From contig JBBDRK010000074.1 of NCBI GenBank assembly GCA_040905465.1, positions 27,552 through 73,656 of the forward strand: a DNA stretch of 46,105 nt, read 5' to 3'. Origin of the DNA: Trueperaceae bacterium (GTDB taxonomy: Bacteria > Deinococcota > Deinococci > Deinococcales > Trueperaceae). The translations under genes and the position numbers were made by a program. This document shows, one piece after another, positions 16,787 to 27,171 of the stretch (the stretch's first letter is position 1; each line of letters opens with the position of its first letter). The notes beneath the pieces are model-generated. The model saw only the letters and a list, made by a program, of their open reading frames with translations, ran no database searches and was not told where the DNA came from.

Positions 16787-16997
16787 GCCACATATCGTAG
16801 CCCGCCGCGCCGTGAGCGGCCGTTCCCAGCGAGCTCTCGGACGCTTGCCGGCCATGTGACGCGCGTCTCATTTAGTCTCGACCTCGGGCCCCATCATGAG
16901 GCGAGCCTTCACGTGGGAGGCGAGCGGGAGAGGCGAGCCAACCGGTATCGCCCGCGCCGACGGACCTTCGCGAGCGGGGCGAAAGGGGGCAGAACAA

Positions 16998-17138
16998 ATG
17001 TTGGAAACCATTGCCATCATCCTGATCGTGCTTTGGCTACTTGGACTGGTGACCGGCTACACACTGGGGAACTTCATCTACATCCTGCTGGTGGTCGGCA
17101 TCATTCTCTTCCTGGTGCGTCTATTCAGTCGCGCCTAG
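16998..17138 (+). CDS. lmo0937-family small membrane protein
   Basis: MLETIAIILIVLWLLGLVTGYTLGNFIYILLVV; purine-rich RBS. Confidence 0.8.
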   Translation: MLETIAIILIVLWLLGLVTGYTLGNFIYILLVVGIILFLVRLFSRA

Positions 17139-17160
17139 CTAAGTCACCGAGAGGAGAACC

Positions 17161-17379
17161 GTGAAGACGGCAACGATTATCGGGATCATCCTGGTCGTTC
17201 TGGGCATCGGCGCCCTGATATACCAGGGGATCACTTACACCTCCGAGCAGACCGTGCTCGAGCTCGGCCCGCTGGATGTCGAGGCGGAGGAGCGCCGCAC
17301 GATCCCGTTGCCCCCGATACTCGGGGTCCTCGCGCTCGTAGGTGGGGTAGTGCTGATCGTGGCCGGTAGCAGGAAGTAA
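17161..17379 (+). CDS. Small 2-TM membrane protein (DUF3185-like)
   Basis: IIGIILVVLG...YQGITYT...LGPL...TIPLPPILG; GAGGAG RBS. Confidence 0.75.
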   Translation: MKTATIIGIILVVLGIGALIYQGITYTSEQTVLELGPLDVEAEERRTIPLPPILGVLALVGGVVLIVAGSRK

Positions 17380-17659
17380 TCGCGGTAGCCGCCGCAGTCC
17401 CGCCTCGGGCCGGCTCGAACCGAGTGCCGAACGCAGGCAGAGGAGCGACCCGGCAGGTCGGGCGTGGTCGGTCCGGCACATCGAGGTGGTCACCGGGCAC
17501 CGGCCGTACGCGTGCAGGACGGAAGCGAACCGTCTATCCGTCATGGGTCCGGCTCGGCGCGCGTGTGCCCTGTCGTTGCCCCGAACCGCCCATCGCCGTA
17601 AACTCGGGAAAGACCCACCTACCGCGACTTCACGGTTCCTGGCTTTCCTGGGAGATTCA

Positions 17660-18325
17660 ATGAACGAACTCGACCTCGTGCAACTAGCCGACAACCCCGA
17701 TCCGCGCGCACCCTGCCTGCTACTGCTCGACACGTCCGCCTCGATGTCGGGAGCACCGATCCAGGCACTCAACGACGGATTGCGGGCGTTCAAGGACGAT
17801 CTGATGAACGACGAACTGGCCCGCCGCCGGGTCGAGGTCGCCGTGGTTGCGTTCGGGGGCGGCGGAGCCCACACCATTCAGGACTTCACCACGGTAGAGG
17901 ACTGGAATCCAGAGCCGCTCTCAGCCGGAGGCTCGACCCCCATGGGCGAGGCCATGCAGCGCGGCATGGAGCTGTTGAAGAGCCGCAAGGACATGTACAA
18001 GCAGGCGGGGCTGCAGTATTTTCGGCCGTGGATGTTTCTGATTACCGACGGCGAACCGACAGACCGCTGGGAGGATGCCGCGCAGCAAGCGAAACGCGAG
18101 GACTCGCAAAAAGGCCTGGTGTTCTTCACGGTCGGCGTGGAGCGAGCCAACATGGACCGGCTGGCAGCTATTGCTCCCCAGGGTAGGCCGCCGCTGAAGC
18201 TCAAGGGGCTCATGTTCGCCGAGCTGTTCCTGTGGTTGTCGCAGAGCCAGCAACGCGTTTCGCACTCTCGGGTCGGCGAACAACTGGAACTTCCGCCCGT
18301 GGGCTGGGCCGACGTATCGGTCTGA
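17660..18325 (+). CDS. TerY/YegL-type vWA domain protein
   Basis: PCLLLLDTSASMSG (MIDAS), GSTPMGEA, YFRPWMFLITDGEPTD, ELFLWLSQS. Confidence 0.9.
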   Translation: MNELDLVQLADNPDPRAPCLLLLDTSASMSGAPIQALNDGLRAFKDDLMNDELARRRVEVAVVAFGGGGAHTIQDFTTVEDWNPEPLSAGGSTPMGEAMQRGMELLKSRKDMYKQAGLQYFRPWMFLITDGEPTDRWEDAAQQAKREDSQKGLVFFTVGVERANMDRLAAIAPQGRPPLKLKGLMFAELFLWLSQSQQRVSHSRVGEQLELPPVGWADVSV

Positions 18326-18332
18326 CCGCCCT

Positions 18333-19163
18333 GTGGCGCCTCCGCACGACTACCTGCCGGGCAAGACTGAGATAACCACCGTCCCCGGCCAGCGGCCCCC
18401 GGGCGGCGGCAAGCCACCGGCGGCAACCGCCTGGAAGGTTATCGCCGCCAGCGTGGCCGGCCGCGCCCACACGACTCACGACAAGGGAAACGAAGATGCG
18501 GTGCTGACCGACCGGCGCCGCGACGGCACCGTGCTGCTGGCCCTTGCCGACGGGGCCGGATCGGCGGGCCTCGCCGGAGAAGGGGCCCGGCTCGCCGTCG
18601 ACGCCGCGATCGCAGCGCTCCGCCGGGAATCGATTCAGGGAGATCGGCTCGACCAAGCGTTGCGCGCCGCCCTGAAGCAGGTGAGGAAGGAAGTGGGCGC
18701 CAAGGCGCGCCAGCTGCGTGTCCGGCCGCGGGACTTCGCTTGCACGCTGCTGCTGGCCGTGGCTCGCGAAGACACCCTGGCGGTTCTCCAGGTCGGTGAC
18801 GGCGCCGTTATCGCCCTCGGGGAGGAGGGCTGGAGCAGGATCACCCAGCCGCAACGCGGCCGTTACGCCGGCGAGACGACCTTCGTTACGAGCCGCGGCG
18901 CAAGCGCACTGGCCGAGGTCGAGATACGTTCGCTGGCTCCACTTCGGGCACTTGCTCTGCTCAGCGACGGGCTCGAGCCGGTAGCTACCGACATGACCAA
19001 CGGGACGCCGCACGGTCCGTTCTTCGATCCCTTGGTGACGTTCGCGGCAGCCGACCGGCCAGTCGCGGAACAGGAGGCCGCGATTTCGAGCTTCCTCGCC
19101 AGCGACCGGGTGCAGTCACGCAGTTCCGATGACCTGAGCTTGATCCTGGCCCTGAAGCCGTGA
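18333..19163 (+). CDS. PP2C-like phosphatase (YegK / TerY-P triad)
   Basis: SVAGRAH, NEDA, LADGAG, VGDG, LSDG, DDLSL motifs. Confidence 0.88.
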   Translation: MAPPHDYLPGKTEITTVPGQRPPGGGKPPAATAWKVIAASVAGRAHTTHDKGNEDAVLTDRRRDGTVLLALADGAGSAGLAGEGARLAVDAAIAALRRESIQGDRLDQALRAALKQVRKEVGAKARQLRVRPRDFACTLLLAVAREDTLAVLQVGDGAVIALGEEGWSRITQPQRGRYAGETTFVTSRGASALAEVEIRSLAPLRALALLSDGLEPVATDMTNGTPHGPFFDPLVTFAAADRPVAEQEAAISSFLASDRVQSRSSDDLSLILALKP

Positions 19164-20896
19164 GCATAGCGTCCATGGGCCTTCGCACCCCCTCGGGTGC
19201 CCCACTGATGTTGGGCGAGCCGCTGGGCCGTGGAGGAGAGGCTCGGGTGTACGCCCTGACGGGCGATCCGGCGCGAGCGGTGAAGCTCTACGTGAGGCCC
19301 GATGCGGAACGCGCCCGAAAGCTGGCCGCCATGCTCGCCCGGATACCGGCCGACCCGGACCGACGTGGAGGCCACGTATCGATAGCCTGGCCCGAGTCGC
19401 TGGTGCTGGACGACGACGGTAACGTGCTGGGATTCGTGATGCCCCGCATAGACGCCCGCCGCTACCTGCCCCTGCATCAGCTCTACCACCCACGCAGTCG
19501 CCGCTCCCGGGCTCCCGGCATGAGTTGGCACTACCTCGTCCGAATCGCCCGCAACCTCAGCGGGACGCTCGCGGCACTGCACGAGGCCGGTTACGTGGTG
19601 GGCGACCTGAACGAAAGCAACATCCTGGTCGACGACCGCGCTCTCGTAACCCTGGTGGATCTCGACTCGATCCAGGTGACCTCCGCCTCCCGGGTATTTC
19701 GCTGCACCGTCGGCAAGGGCGAATACACGCCACCGGAGCTGCAGGGACGATCGTTCCGCGATGTCACTCGCCGCCCCAGCAGTGATCGCTTCGGCCTGGC
19801 AGTGCTCACCTTCCTGTTGCTTATGGAAGGGAACCACCCCTTTACCGGCGTTTACGGCGGCTCGGGGGAGCCGCCCGGCATGGAGGAGAACATCCGTGCC
19901 CGGCGCAGCCCCTACTTCGGAGGCGGAGCCACGCAGCCGCCACCCGCCGCACCACCTGTGACGATGCTCGGTCCCAGATTGGCGACACTTCTCAAACGCT
20001 CACTTATCGCACCAGCCTGGCGTCGTCCCGACGCAAGGACGTTCCAAGCGGCGCTGGTGGAGCTCGAGGCCGACCTCACGACCTGCGAGCGCAAAGCCAC
20101 TCACGCGTATCGTCGCGCTTTGCCGCATTGCCCCTGGTGTCAGCGGCGCGAGCGACTGAATACGGAGGCGTTCCCGCTGGCGGGGGAAGGCGGGACTAAC
20201 GCGGCCGTCGCGACTCCTGGAGGAGGGAGCGGCTTCAGCCGAGGAAACGGCGCAGCGGCTGCGCCAGTGTCGGCGCCAGTGACGGCACCAGTGACGGCAC
20301 CAGCGTCGGTGTCAGGGCGTTCGCCTGCGGCCCGAGCCGGGCGCGTACCCGCGCCGGCGCCAGGAACGCCGGCAACCGCCGGCCCGACACGGGCCCCCAC
20401 GCCCGCGAACCGCGGCCATCCTTCGCCCAGGCCGCCAGGGCAGCCGGCCTCTGCACGCCCGCCGGGGTTCCGCGGCTCCTGGTTGCTCTTCCACAGCAGG
20501 CTTCCGCTGCTGTCGCTGCTGCTCGTGGCGCTCGTGGCCGCACCGGCCGTACTGTGGGAGAACGAGTTGCGCCTGCTTCTCGCGGCAACAGGCCTGAGCG
20601 GGCCGGCGCGACTGGCAGCGCTGCTCTCGGCGGCGCTGCTGCCGGCAGCGGTCGTTGCGGCCGGTCTCTACCTGCAGGCTCGCCGCCGCGCCGGCCTCGC
20701 CCGGGCCCTGCTGGGTGCCGAACGGTTGATGCGGGCGGCGCTCGCGGCCACCTTGCTGTCGCTGGTCGCCAGCCTGACGGCCGGTCTGGCGCTGGGGCGC
20801 GGCTCGGTCCTGGCCGGGGACTGGCTGCTGTTGCCGAGCTTCTGGGTAGTGTCGTTCGCGGTCGCTTGGCGGATGGTGGGTCCGCGCCGTCCCTGA
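19160..20896 (+). CDS. YegI-like atypical Ser/Thr kinase with Pro/Ala linker and C-terminal TM helices
   Basis: GRGGEARV, AVKLY, VVGDLNESNIL, VDLDS, YTPPEL, HCPWC. Confidence 0.88.
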   Translation: MSIASMGLRTPSGAPLMLGEPLGRGGEARVYALTGDPARAVKLYVRPDAERARKLAAMLARIPADPDRRGGHVSIAWPESLVLDDDGNVLGFVMPRIDARRYLPLHQLYHPRSRRSRAPGMSWHYLVRIARNLSGTLAALHEAGYVVGDLNESNILVDDRALVTLVDLDSIQVTSASRVFRCTVGKGEYTPPELQGRSFRDVTRRPSSDRFGLAVLTFLLLMEGNHPFTGVYGGSGEPPGMEENIRARRSPYFGGGATQPPPAAPPVTMLGPRLATLLKRSLIAPAWRRPDARTFQAALVELEADLTTCERKATHAYRRALPHCPWCQRRERLNTEAFPLAGEGGTNAAVATPGGGSGFSRGNGAAAAPVSAPVTAPVTAPASVSGRSPAARAGRVPAPAPGTPATAGPTRAPTPANRGHPSPRPPGQPASARPPGFRGSWLLFHSRLPLLSLLLVALVAAPAVLWENELRLLLAATGLSGPARLAALLSAALLPAAVVAAGLYLQARRRAGLARALLGAERLMRAALAATLLSLVASLTAGLALGRGSVLAGDWLLLPSFWVVSFAVAWRMVGPRRP

Positions 20897-20951
20897 AGGC
20901 GCTTCAGGCCACTGCAAGGTACCTGTCCCCTCGGGTTATCGTGCTCGCATA

Positions 20952-22058
20952 ATGTCGAAAGCTCGCATGAAAGGCTTGATTCTCGCTGCCGGCCACGGCA
21001 CGCGTCTTCGTCCGATAACCAGCCTGCGTCCGAAACCGACCATCTCGGTGGCCAACAAGCAGTTGGTGCACTACGCGGTGGACAACCTCGTGGATGCGGG
21101 AGTCCGGGAGATCGGCATCGTCGTCAGCCACGACACCATCGGCTACCTGCGCAAGAGCCTCGGCGAGTATGTCGCGAATGGCGAGAGCAGCGGCGACCGC
21201 CCTACCTTCGAATACATCATCCAGAGCCCTCCGGAGGGCCTGGCCCACGCAGTGAAGGTATCGCGCGACTTCCTGGGGGACGATCCGTTCGTCATGTACC
21301 TCGGGGACAACCTGTTCGAACGGGGAATTCGAGGGTTCGTCGATGCCTATAGGCCGGAGGAGGGCGTGAACGCTGTCCTCGCGCTGGTTCACGTGGAGGA
21401 TCCGCGGCAGTTGGGCGTCGCCATAGTGGAAGAAGGCCGGGTCGTCAATCTGGTCGAGAAGCCGAAGGATCCACCGAGCAACCTGGCAATAGCAGGGGTG
21501 TACGTGTTCGACCGCAACATCCATCAGATGATCGAGCGGCTCGAGCCGGGCGCCAAGGGAGAGTACCAGATCACCGACGCGGTCCAGATGCTCATCGACG
21601 CCGGCTTTTACGTTTCTCCCGTGGAAGTCCCCGGCTGGTGGAAAGACACCGGCAAGCCCGAGGACATCCTCGACGCCAACCGCCTGCAACTGCTGAGGGT
21701 GAGCCGTCACTTGCAGGGCACGGTAGAGGACTCCCGGGTAGATGGAGAGGTGGTGATCGAGCCCGGCGCGGTGGTGCGCGGCAGCAGGATCGACGGTCCG
21801 GCGCTGATCGGTAGCGGCGCCGTGATCGAACGCTCCTACATCGGGCCGTACACGACGATAGGCGACGAAGTAACGATCCGTGACGCGGAGCTGGAGTACG
21901 CCGTGGTTGGCGCCCGCAGCTCTGTCGAGGGAGTCGGCCGGCGCATCCGCAACAGCCTGATCGGCGAGGAGGTCAGCATCGTGGGCGATGGCGCACCCGA
22001 ATCGTCACATCAGCTGATAGTGGGCGACAAGAGCAGCCTGAAGCTCAGCGAGGGGTAA
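20952..22058 (+). CDS. rfbA: Glucose-1-phosphate thymidylyltransferase, long form
   Basis: GLILAAGHGTRLRPIT, MYLGDN, VEKP, WWKDTGKPED, C-terminal hexapeptide repeats. Confidence 0.9.
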   Translation: MSKARMKGLILAAGHGTRLRPITSLRPKPTISVANKQLVHYAVDNLVDAGVREIGIVVSHDTIGYLRKSLGEYVANGESSGDRPTFEYIIQSPPEGLAHAVKVSRDFLGDDPFVMYLGDNLFERGIRGFVDAYRPEEGVNAVLALVHVEDPRQLGVAIVEEGRVVNLVEKPKDPPSNLAIAGVYVFDRNIHQMIERLEPGAKGEYQITDAVQMLIDAGFYVSPVEVPGWWKDTGKPEDILDANRLQLLRVSRHLQGTVEDSRVDGEVVIEPGAVVRGSRIDGPALIGSGAVIERSYIGPYTTIGDEVTIRDAELEYAVVGARSSVEGVGRRIRNSLIGEEVSIVGDGAPESSHQLIVGDKSSLKLSEG

Positions 22059-22126
22059 AGGCGGATCCGCGCGGCCATTGTCGTTGATCGACGACGTTGG
22101 GGGACTCGACGGCGTAAGCTGGCCTA

Positions 22127-22576
22127 TTAGCCTCTGTTCTTGAGGTTGGCGGCGTCCAACAGGTCCTGAGGGCGGCCAGCCGCAAGCTTCGCTCTGATCA
22201 GATCGTCCTTCGAAACGAAATGAATCTCCGTACCGAGCATACTGACAGTCTCACGCTGACTCCATGCGTTCTCGAATGTCAGCCCTGGTACCGACATCAT
22301 CACGTCCACGCGGAGTGGCGGACTTCCCATCTGATAAAAGTAGCCCTCCGCGGCGAAATCGTCAGCGCTCAGCCCTTCGAGCGGCGCTCCGAACTCCTTG
22401 AGGGCGCCGAAGATCGCCCGGGAGTTCTCGTCGTCCACAGCTATCAGCAAATCCAGATCCTTGGTGAACCTAGGCTCGGAATACTTCATGACCGCATAAC
22501 CGCCGATAATCAAGTACCGAACGTTATGCTTTCGAAAAAGACTCAACAGTTCTGTGAAGTCGGGGCTCGCCAGCAT
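22127..22576 (-). CDS. Minimal nucleotidyltransferase (DUF6036-like)
   Basis: YLIIGGYAV...PRFTKDLDL...KLAAGRPQDLLD. Confidence 0.8.
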   Translation of the reverse strand: MLASPDFTELLSLFRKHNVRYLIIGGYAVMKYSEPRFTKDLDLLIAVDDENSRAIFGALKEFGAPLEGLSADDFAAEGYFYQMGSPPLRVDVMMSVPGLTFENAWSQRETVSMLGTEIHFVSKDDLIRAKLAAGRPQDLLDAANLKNRG

Positions 22577-22715
22577 AACCTTCCTTAAGGAGCAGATAAT
22601 CCTTGATCAGGTCGAATGCTGCCGCGAACAAGACCTCCGGCGGTTGACTCTGCCAAAAGTCGACACTGAAGTCCGCGTCTTCGCCCAGCTTGCCGTAGTT
22701 TTCGCGGATGGTCAC
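22524..22715 (-). CDS. Small partner protein upstream of the nucleotidyltransferase (putative TA-like pair)
   Basis: MTIRENYGKLGEDADFSVDFWQSQPPE...PRLHRTV; TATAAT 6 nt upstream of the GTG. Confidence 0.55.
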   Translation of the reverse strand: MTIRENYGKLGEDADFSVDFWQSQPPEVLFAAAFDLIKDYLLLKEGYAGEPRLHRTVESFSKA

Positions 22716-22884
22716 CTTCACATTATAGCCGAGACCCGAAACTTGTGCGGTTCGCTGGGATAGCAGCACGAACACCACTCCCTCGTCCCCTTTGCTCCCG
22801 GTCGTCGTGTCGTAACCGTTCCGGAGCCGTCCCGGGAAACAGGCTTGCATGGGCCGATAGCCGCGGTGCGCCTCGACCTCGCTC

Positions 22885-23694
22885 TCAGCCGAAGTGACCC
22901 GACACGTACCGTTCGGTCATCTCGTGTTGCGGATCGGTGAAGATCTGGTCGGTCGGCCCCTCCTCCACCAGCACTCCGAGGTGCATGAACGCCGTGCGGT
23001 CGCTCACCCGGCCGGCTTGCTGCATGTTGTGGGTGACGATCACCACCGTGTAGTCCTGCTTGATCTCGTGTATCAGCTGCTCGATCCGGTCGGTGGCGAT
23101 CGGGTCGAGCGCGCTGGTAGGTTCGTCCATCAGGATGAGGTCGGGGCCGGTGGCCATGGCGCGGGCGATACACAGGCGTTGCTGCTGTCCGCCGGAGAGG
23201 CCCAGGCCGGACTGCCTGAGCTTGTCCTGCACCTCGCCCCAAAGCGCCGCCGAGCGCAACGACTTCTCCACCAGTGCATCGAGGTCCCCACGGAAGTCGT
23301 TCAGGCGCGGACCGAAGGCGACGTTGTCGTAGACGCTTTTGGGGAAGGGATTGGCCTTTTGGAAGACCATCCCGATCCGGCGCCGAACCTCCACCGGATC
23401 GACCGCGGGATCGTACAGGTCCACGCCTTCGTAGCCGATTCGGCCATCGACCGTGACGTTCGGCAACAGGTCGTTCATCCGGTTGATACTGCGCATGAGG
23501 GTGGACTTGCCGCAGCCGGAGGCCCCAATCAGGGCGGTAACGCGGTTTCGCGCCACCGTGAGCGAGATGCCGTGCAGCGCCTGGAAGTCGCCGTACCACA
23601 GTTCGAAGTCCTCGATCGCCAGCAGCGCCTGCTCGGACGGAACCGGATCGGTGCGAACGGTGACGTGGTCGGGGTCGATGTTCGGGAGGGCCAT
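22885..23694 (-). CDS. pstB: Phosphate ABC transporter ATPase
   Basis: [48 protein letters not shown]. Confidence 0.95.
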   Translation of the reverse strand: MALPNIDPDHVTVRTDPVPSEQALLAIEDFELWYGDFQALHGISLTVARNRVTALIGASGCGKSTLMRSINRMNDLLPNVTVDGRIGYEGVDLYDPAVDPVEVRRRIGMVFQKANPFPKSVYDNVAFGPRLNDFRGDLDALVEKSLRSAALWGEVQDKLRQSGLGLSGGQQQRLCIARAMATGPDLILMDEPTSALDPIATDRIEQLIHEIKQDYTVVIVTHNMQQAGRVSDRTAFMHLGVLVEEGPTDQIFTDPQHEMTERYVSGHFG

Positions 23695-24944
23695 TACCAG
23701 GTCCTTTCGAAGCGGCGCCTGAGGTAGAAGGCCGCGGCGTAGAGGATGACGAGCACGCCCAGCAGCACCACGATGGCCGCCGAGGCGACATGCCGAAACT
23801 CGGCATCGTTCTCGCTCACCCAAGAGTAGATCTGCACCGGCAATACCGTGTAGCTCGACAGAAGCCCGTCGGGCAGATAGGGCACGAACGCTGCAGCCCC
23901 GATCAGCAGGAGCGGGGCCGTCTCGCCGATCGCCCGGGCGACCGACAGGATCACGCCGGTAACGATACCCGGCACGGCATTGGGCAGCACCACCCGCCGC
24001 ACCGTCTGCCACTTGGTAGCGCCCAGACCGTAACTCGCCAGTCGCAGCGACCCCGGCACCGAACGTATCGCTTCTCGCGACGCTATCACCACCACCGGCA
24101 GGATCAACAGCGCCAGGGTCAGGGCGGCCGCCAGGACGCTTGGGCCCATCTTCGCCAGGCGTACGAACACGTAGAGTCCAAGGATTCCGTAGACGATACT
24201 GGGAACTCCGGCCAGGTTACGGATGTTCACCTCGATGAGCCGGGTAAGCCGGTTGTCGGAGGCATACTCTTCGAGATAGATCGCGGTTCCTACTCCCAAC
24301 GGGAGCGCTATCAGGATCACCAGGCCAATCACCCAGATAGTTCCGGCCAGTGCCGTACGCAGACCGGCCATGACCGGGGTGCGAGACGCGTTCTGGCCGA
24401 AGAACGACCAATCCAGCCAGGGATTTAGGTAGATCACCTCGTCGGCCGCCAGCTCGCGCCGCAACTCGTCCAGCCGGTGCATGCCTTCCAGCAGCGCCAG
24501 GTCTTCCACCCGGCGGTCGCGCGCGTTGGTCACCACCCAACGCAACGGGCCGTCGCTGGTTCTCAGCATCAGCTCCACCCTGTTTCGCGCCCAGAAGAGC
24601 CTGCTCTGTTCGGAATCGCCAAGGGTAGACCGGACCTCCTCGTCGCTGAGCCCCTGTGCGGCAAGCTCCAGCCGCGCAATGCGCTGCCCACCCAAGGGCG
24701 CCCGCCACCACGCGAACGTCTCGCCGCTGTTCGCCGGTCGTACAACCTGCCAGGAAACCGTGTCGGAGACAATATCGACCAGGAGAACCGCGACGAACGC
24801 CAGCGCAAACAGGACCGGCAGCATGGTGAGGGACGCGAAGAGCCGGCCGATGCGACGCCGACCGGCTGACCTGCGGAAACCGTCTTCCGCGAACAGCGGA
24901 CCGGCCCGTGCCGGAACCCCGGAGGTCGACGGCCGGCGACTCAC
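23694..24944 (-). CDS. pstA: Phosphate ABC transporter permease PstA (with N-terminal insertion)
   Basis: [29 protein letters not shown]. Confidence 0.92.
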   Translation of the reverse strand: MSRRPSTSGVPARAGPLFAEDGFRRSAGRRRIGRLFASLTMLPVLFALAFVAVLLVDIVSDTVSWQVVRPANSGETFAWWRAPLGGQRIARLELAAQGLSDEEVRSTLGDSEQSRLFWARNRVELMLRTSDGPLRWVVTNARDRRVEDLALLEGMHRLDELRRELAADEVIYLNPWLDWSFFGQNASRTPVMAGLRTALAGTIWVIGLVILIALPLGVGTAIYLEEYASDNRLTRLIEVNIRNLAGVPSIVYGILGLYVFVRLAKMGPSVLAAALTLALLILPVVVIASREAIRSVPGSLRLASYGLGATKWQTVRRVVLPNAVPGIVTGVILSVARAIGETAPLLLIGAAAFVPYLPDGLLSSYTVLPVQIYSWVSENDAEFRHVASAAIVVLLGVLVILYAAAFYLRRRFERTW

Positions 24945-25879
24945 TCGTAACGCTCCTCGAAGCGGCGCACCACCGCTTGCGCCGCCAGGTTCAGGCCCAG
25001 CGTCATGACGAAGAGGGTCGCGGCCACCGCGTAGAGCGAGCGAGCGCCGAGCGAGCCCGCCGGTTGATCGCCGGTGGCCGCCTGCACTATGTAGGAGGTC
25101 ATGGTGGCAATGGTCTGGCGAGGATCGAAGTGCAGGTCGGGCCGTTGACCAGCGGCAAGAGTGACGATCATCGTCTCACCGATCGCCCGCGAGACTGCCA
25201 GGATCAACGATGCGACGATGCCCGAGAGCGCTGCCGGGATCACCACTCTCAGGATCAGCTCGTGCTTGGCCGCTCCCAGCCCGTAGCCGGCCTCGCGCAA
25301 CGAACGTGGGACCGCCTGCATCGAGTCGACCGAAATGCTCGAGATGGTCGGCAGGATCATGAAGCCCATGACGATGCCGGCCGACAGCGGGTTGAACAGG
25401 TCGACCCCGGGAATGAAGCTGCGCAGCACCGGCGTCAGGAACAGCAGCGCGAAGTAGCCGAGCACGACCGTGGGGATGCCCGCCAGGAGCTCGAGCACCG
25501 GTATGACCCTGCGTCTCCGTGTCTCGCTGGCGAACTCGGAGAGGTAGACGGCAGCACCGAGACCGAGCGGGGCGCCCACGACCAGCGCGATCGCAGTGAC
25601 CAACAGGGTTCCGCTGACCAGTGGCGCTATCCCGAAGTTCTGATCGAGAAAGAGCGGCGTCCAGCGGGTGTTGGTGAAGAACTCGGCGAGCGGCACTTCG
25701 CGGAAAAAGCCCACTGTCTCCGCCGTCAGGACTGCGATCACTGCCACGGTCGTGAGAACCGACACCAGGGCGCACGCCAGCAATGCCCCAGCGACCACCA
25801 GCTCGCTACGCCTGCGCGTGCCGCGCCGGTCCAACCCCGCAGCGGCCACGCTGCTCGCGGTGCCATTCCTCGACCTCAT
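24941..25879 (-). CDS. pstC: Phosphate ABC transporter permease PstC
   Basis: ELLAGIPTVVLG, SRAIGETMIV. Confidence 0.93.
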   Translation of the reverse strand: MRSRNGTASSVAAAGLDRRGTRRRSELVVAGALLACALVSVLTTVAVIAVLTAETVGFFREVPLAEFFTNTRWTPLFLDQNFGIAPLVSGTLLVTAIALVVGAPLGLGAAVYLSEFASETRRRRVIPVLELLAGIPTVVLGYFALLFLTPVLRSFIPGVDLFNPLSAGIVMGFMILPTISSISVDSMQAVPRSLREAGYGLGAAKHELILRVVIPAALSGIVASLILAVSRAIGETMIVTLAAGQRPDLHFDPRQTIATMTSYIVQAATGDQPAGSLGARSLYAVAATLFVMTLGLNLAAQAVVRRFEERYE

Positions 25880-25997
25880 GATTTGCTCCTCCAGAGAGCG
25901 GACATCTCAAACGGCGGTCCCCGGAGCGTTCGCTCCAGGGACCAAACTATCGCAGTTCGGACGTCAAGTGGCCAGGGTCGCTGCCCTCGCGCCGCCG

Positions 25998-26960
25998 TTA
26001 ATTTCCTGCCTGGCGTACCGCTTCGAGTACGCTGTCTCCCGGTTCGAAGCTGGCGAAGGCGCTGCCAGTCACCACGTTGTCGATCCTCTCGGCGGCTGCG
26101 TCGTAGACCTCCTCGGGATAACTGAGGTAACCGGTATCGGCGATGAGAGGCTCGGCATCATCGGAGACGGTGAACTCGGCGAACCGGCGAAGGGCCTGGC
26201 TGCTCTGCAGGCGCTCGGCGTTGAAGTAGAGGAACATCGGCCGCGAAAGCGGCGTGTAGGTGTTCCCGGATATGGATTCCGCGCTCGGCTCGACGCAGCC
26301 GCTTCCGCCGTCCACGGCAACCAGCTCCAGCCGATTGCGATTCTCGACGTAGTAGGCGAAGCCGAAGAACGCCATCGCGTTCACGTCACCGGAAACCCCT
26401 TGAACCAGCACGTTGTCGTCTTCGCTCGGGAAGAAGTCGGTGCGGATCGCACCGCTGTCCCCGTTGACCGCCTCCGTGAAGTAATCGAAGGTGCCGGAAT
26501 CGGTGCCCGGGCCGTACAGGACGATCTCATCGTCGGGCCAGTCGGGCCGCACATCGCTCCAGGTGCTCACCTTGGAATCGGGACGCCAGATAGAGTTGAG
26601 CTCTGCAACGCTCAGGCAGTCCGCCCAGTCGTTCCCTGGGTTCACGACCACGGACAAACCGTCGGCAGCCACCGGTAGCTCCACGAACTCGATACCGTTC
26701 CCCGCGCACAGGTCGATCTCACTCTGCTTGATGGGTCGGCTGGCTCCCGAGACGTCGGTCTCGCCGCGGCAAAACTTCTCGAAACCGGCACCGGTGCCGG
26801 AGAAGGCGACGGTGACGCGCGCTCCGGGATTGATGATCTGAAAGTCCTCGGCGAGTGCCAGACTGATCGGGTAGACGGTCGAGGAGCCGTCGACCCGGAT
26901 GTCCTGGGCGAACGTCAGCGAAAGGGTTGCTAGCAGGAGTAGGGCGGCAAGTTGCTTCAT
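25998..26960 (-). CDS. pstS: Phosphate-binding protein
   Basis: Signal peptide; IRVDGSSTVYP, SGTGAGF, ASRPIK, DSGTFDYF. Confidence 0.93.
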   Translation of the reverse strand: MKQLAALLLLATLSLTFAQDIRVDGSSTVYPISLALAEDFQIINPGARVTVAFSGTGAGFEKFCRGETDVSGASRPIKQSEIDLCAGNGIEFVELPVAADGLSVVVNPGNDWADCLSVAELNSIWRPDSKVSTWSDVRPDWPDDEIVLYGPGTDSGTFDYFTEAVNGDSGAIRTDFFPSEDDNVLVQGVSGDVNAMAFFGFAYYVENRNRLELVAVDGGSGCVEPSAESISGNTYTPLSRPMFLYFNAERLQSSQALRRFAEFTVSDDAEPLIADTGYLSYPEEVYDAAAERIDNVVTGSAFASFEPGDSVLEAVRQAGN

Positions 26961-27171
26961 GAGCAGGTGAACCTCCGGCACAAGCCTAGCCACCCTACGT
27001 CATGGCATTGTCAGCGATCCGGACGTTTCCCGAGGCGGCCGCCCTAGAGCGCAGCCGCCTCACAGCATCCCCGCCTCAGTGCGCTGCTCCCGCGAAGTTT
27101 GGCCGCCTCAACGCGCGGCCGAGTCGGAGAATGGTGCAGCCAACGCGCGAGCGCACTGGAGCGTCGACCCG

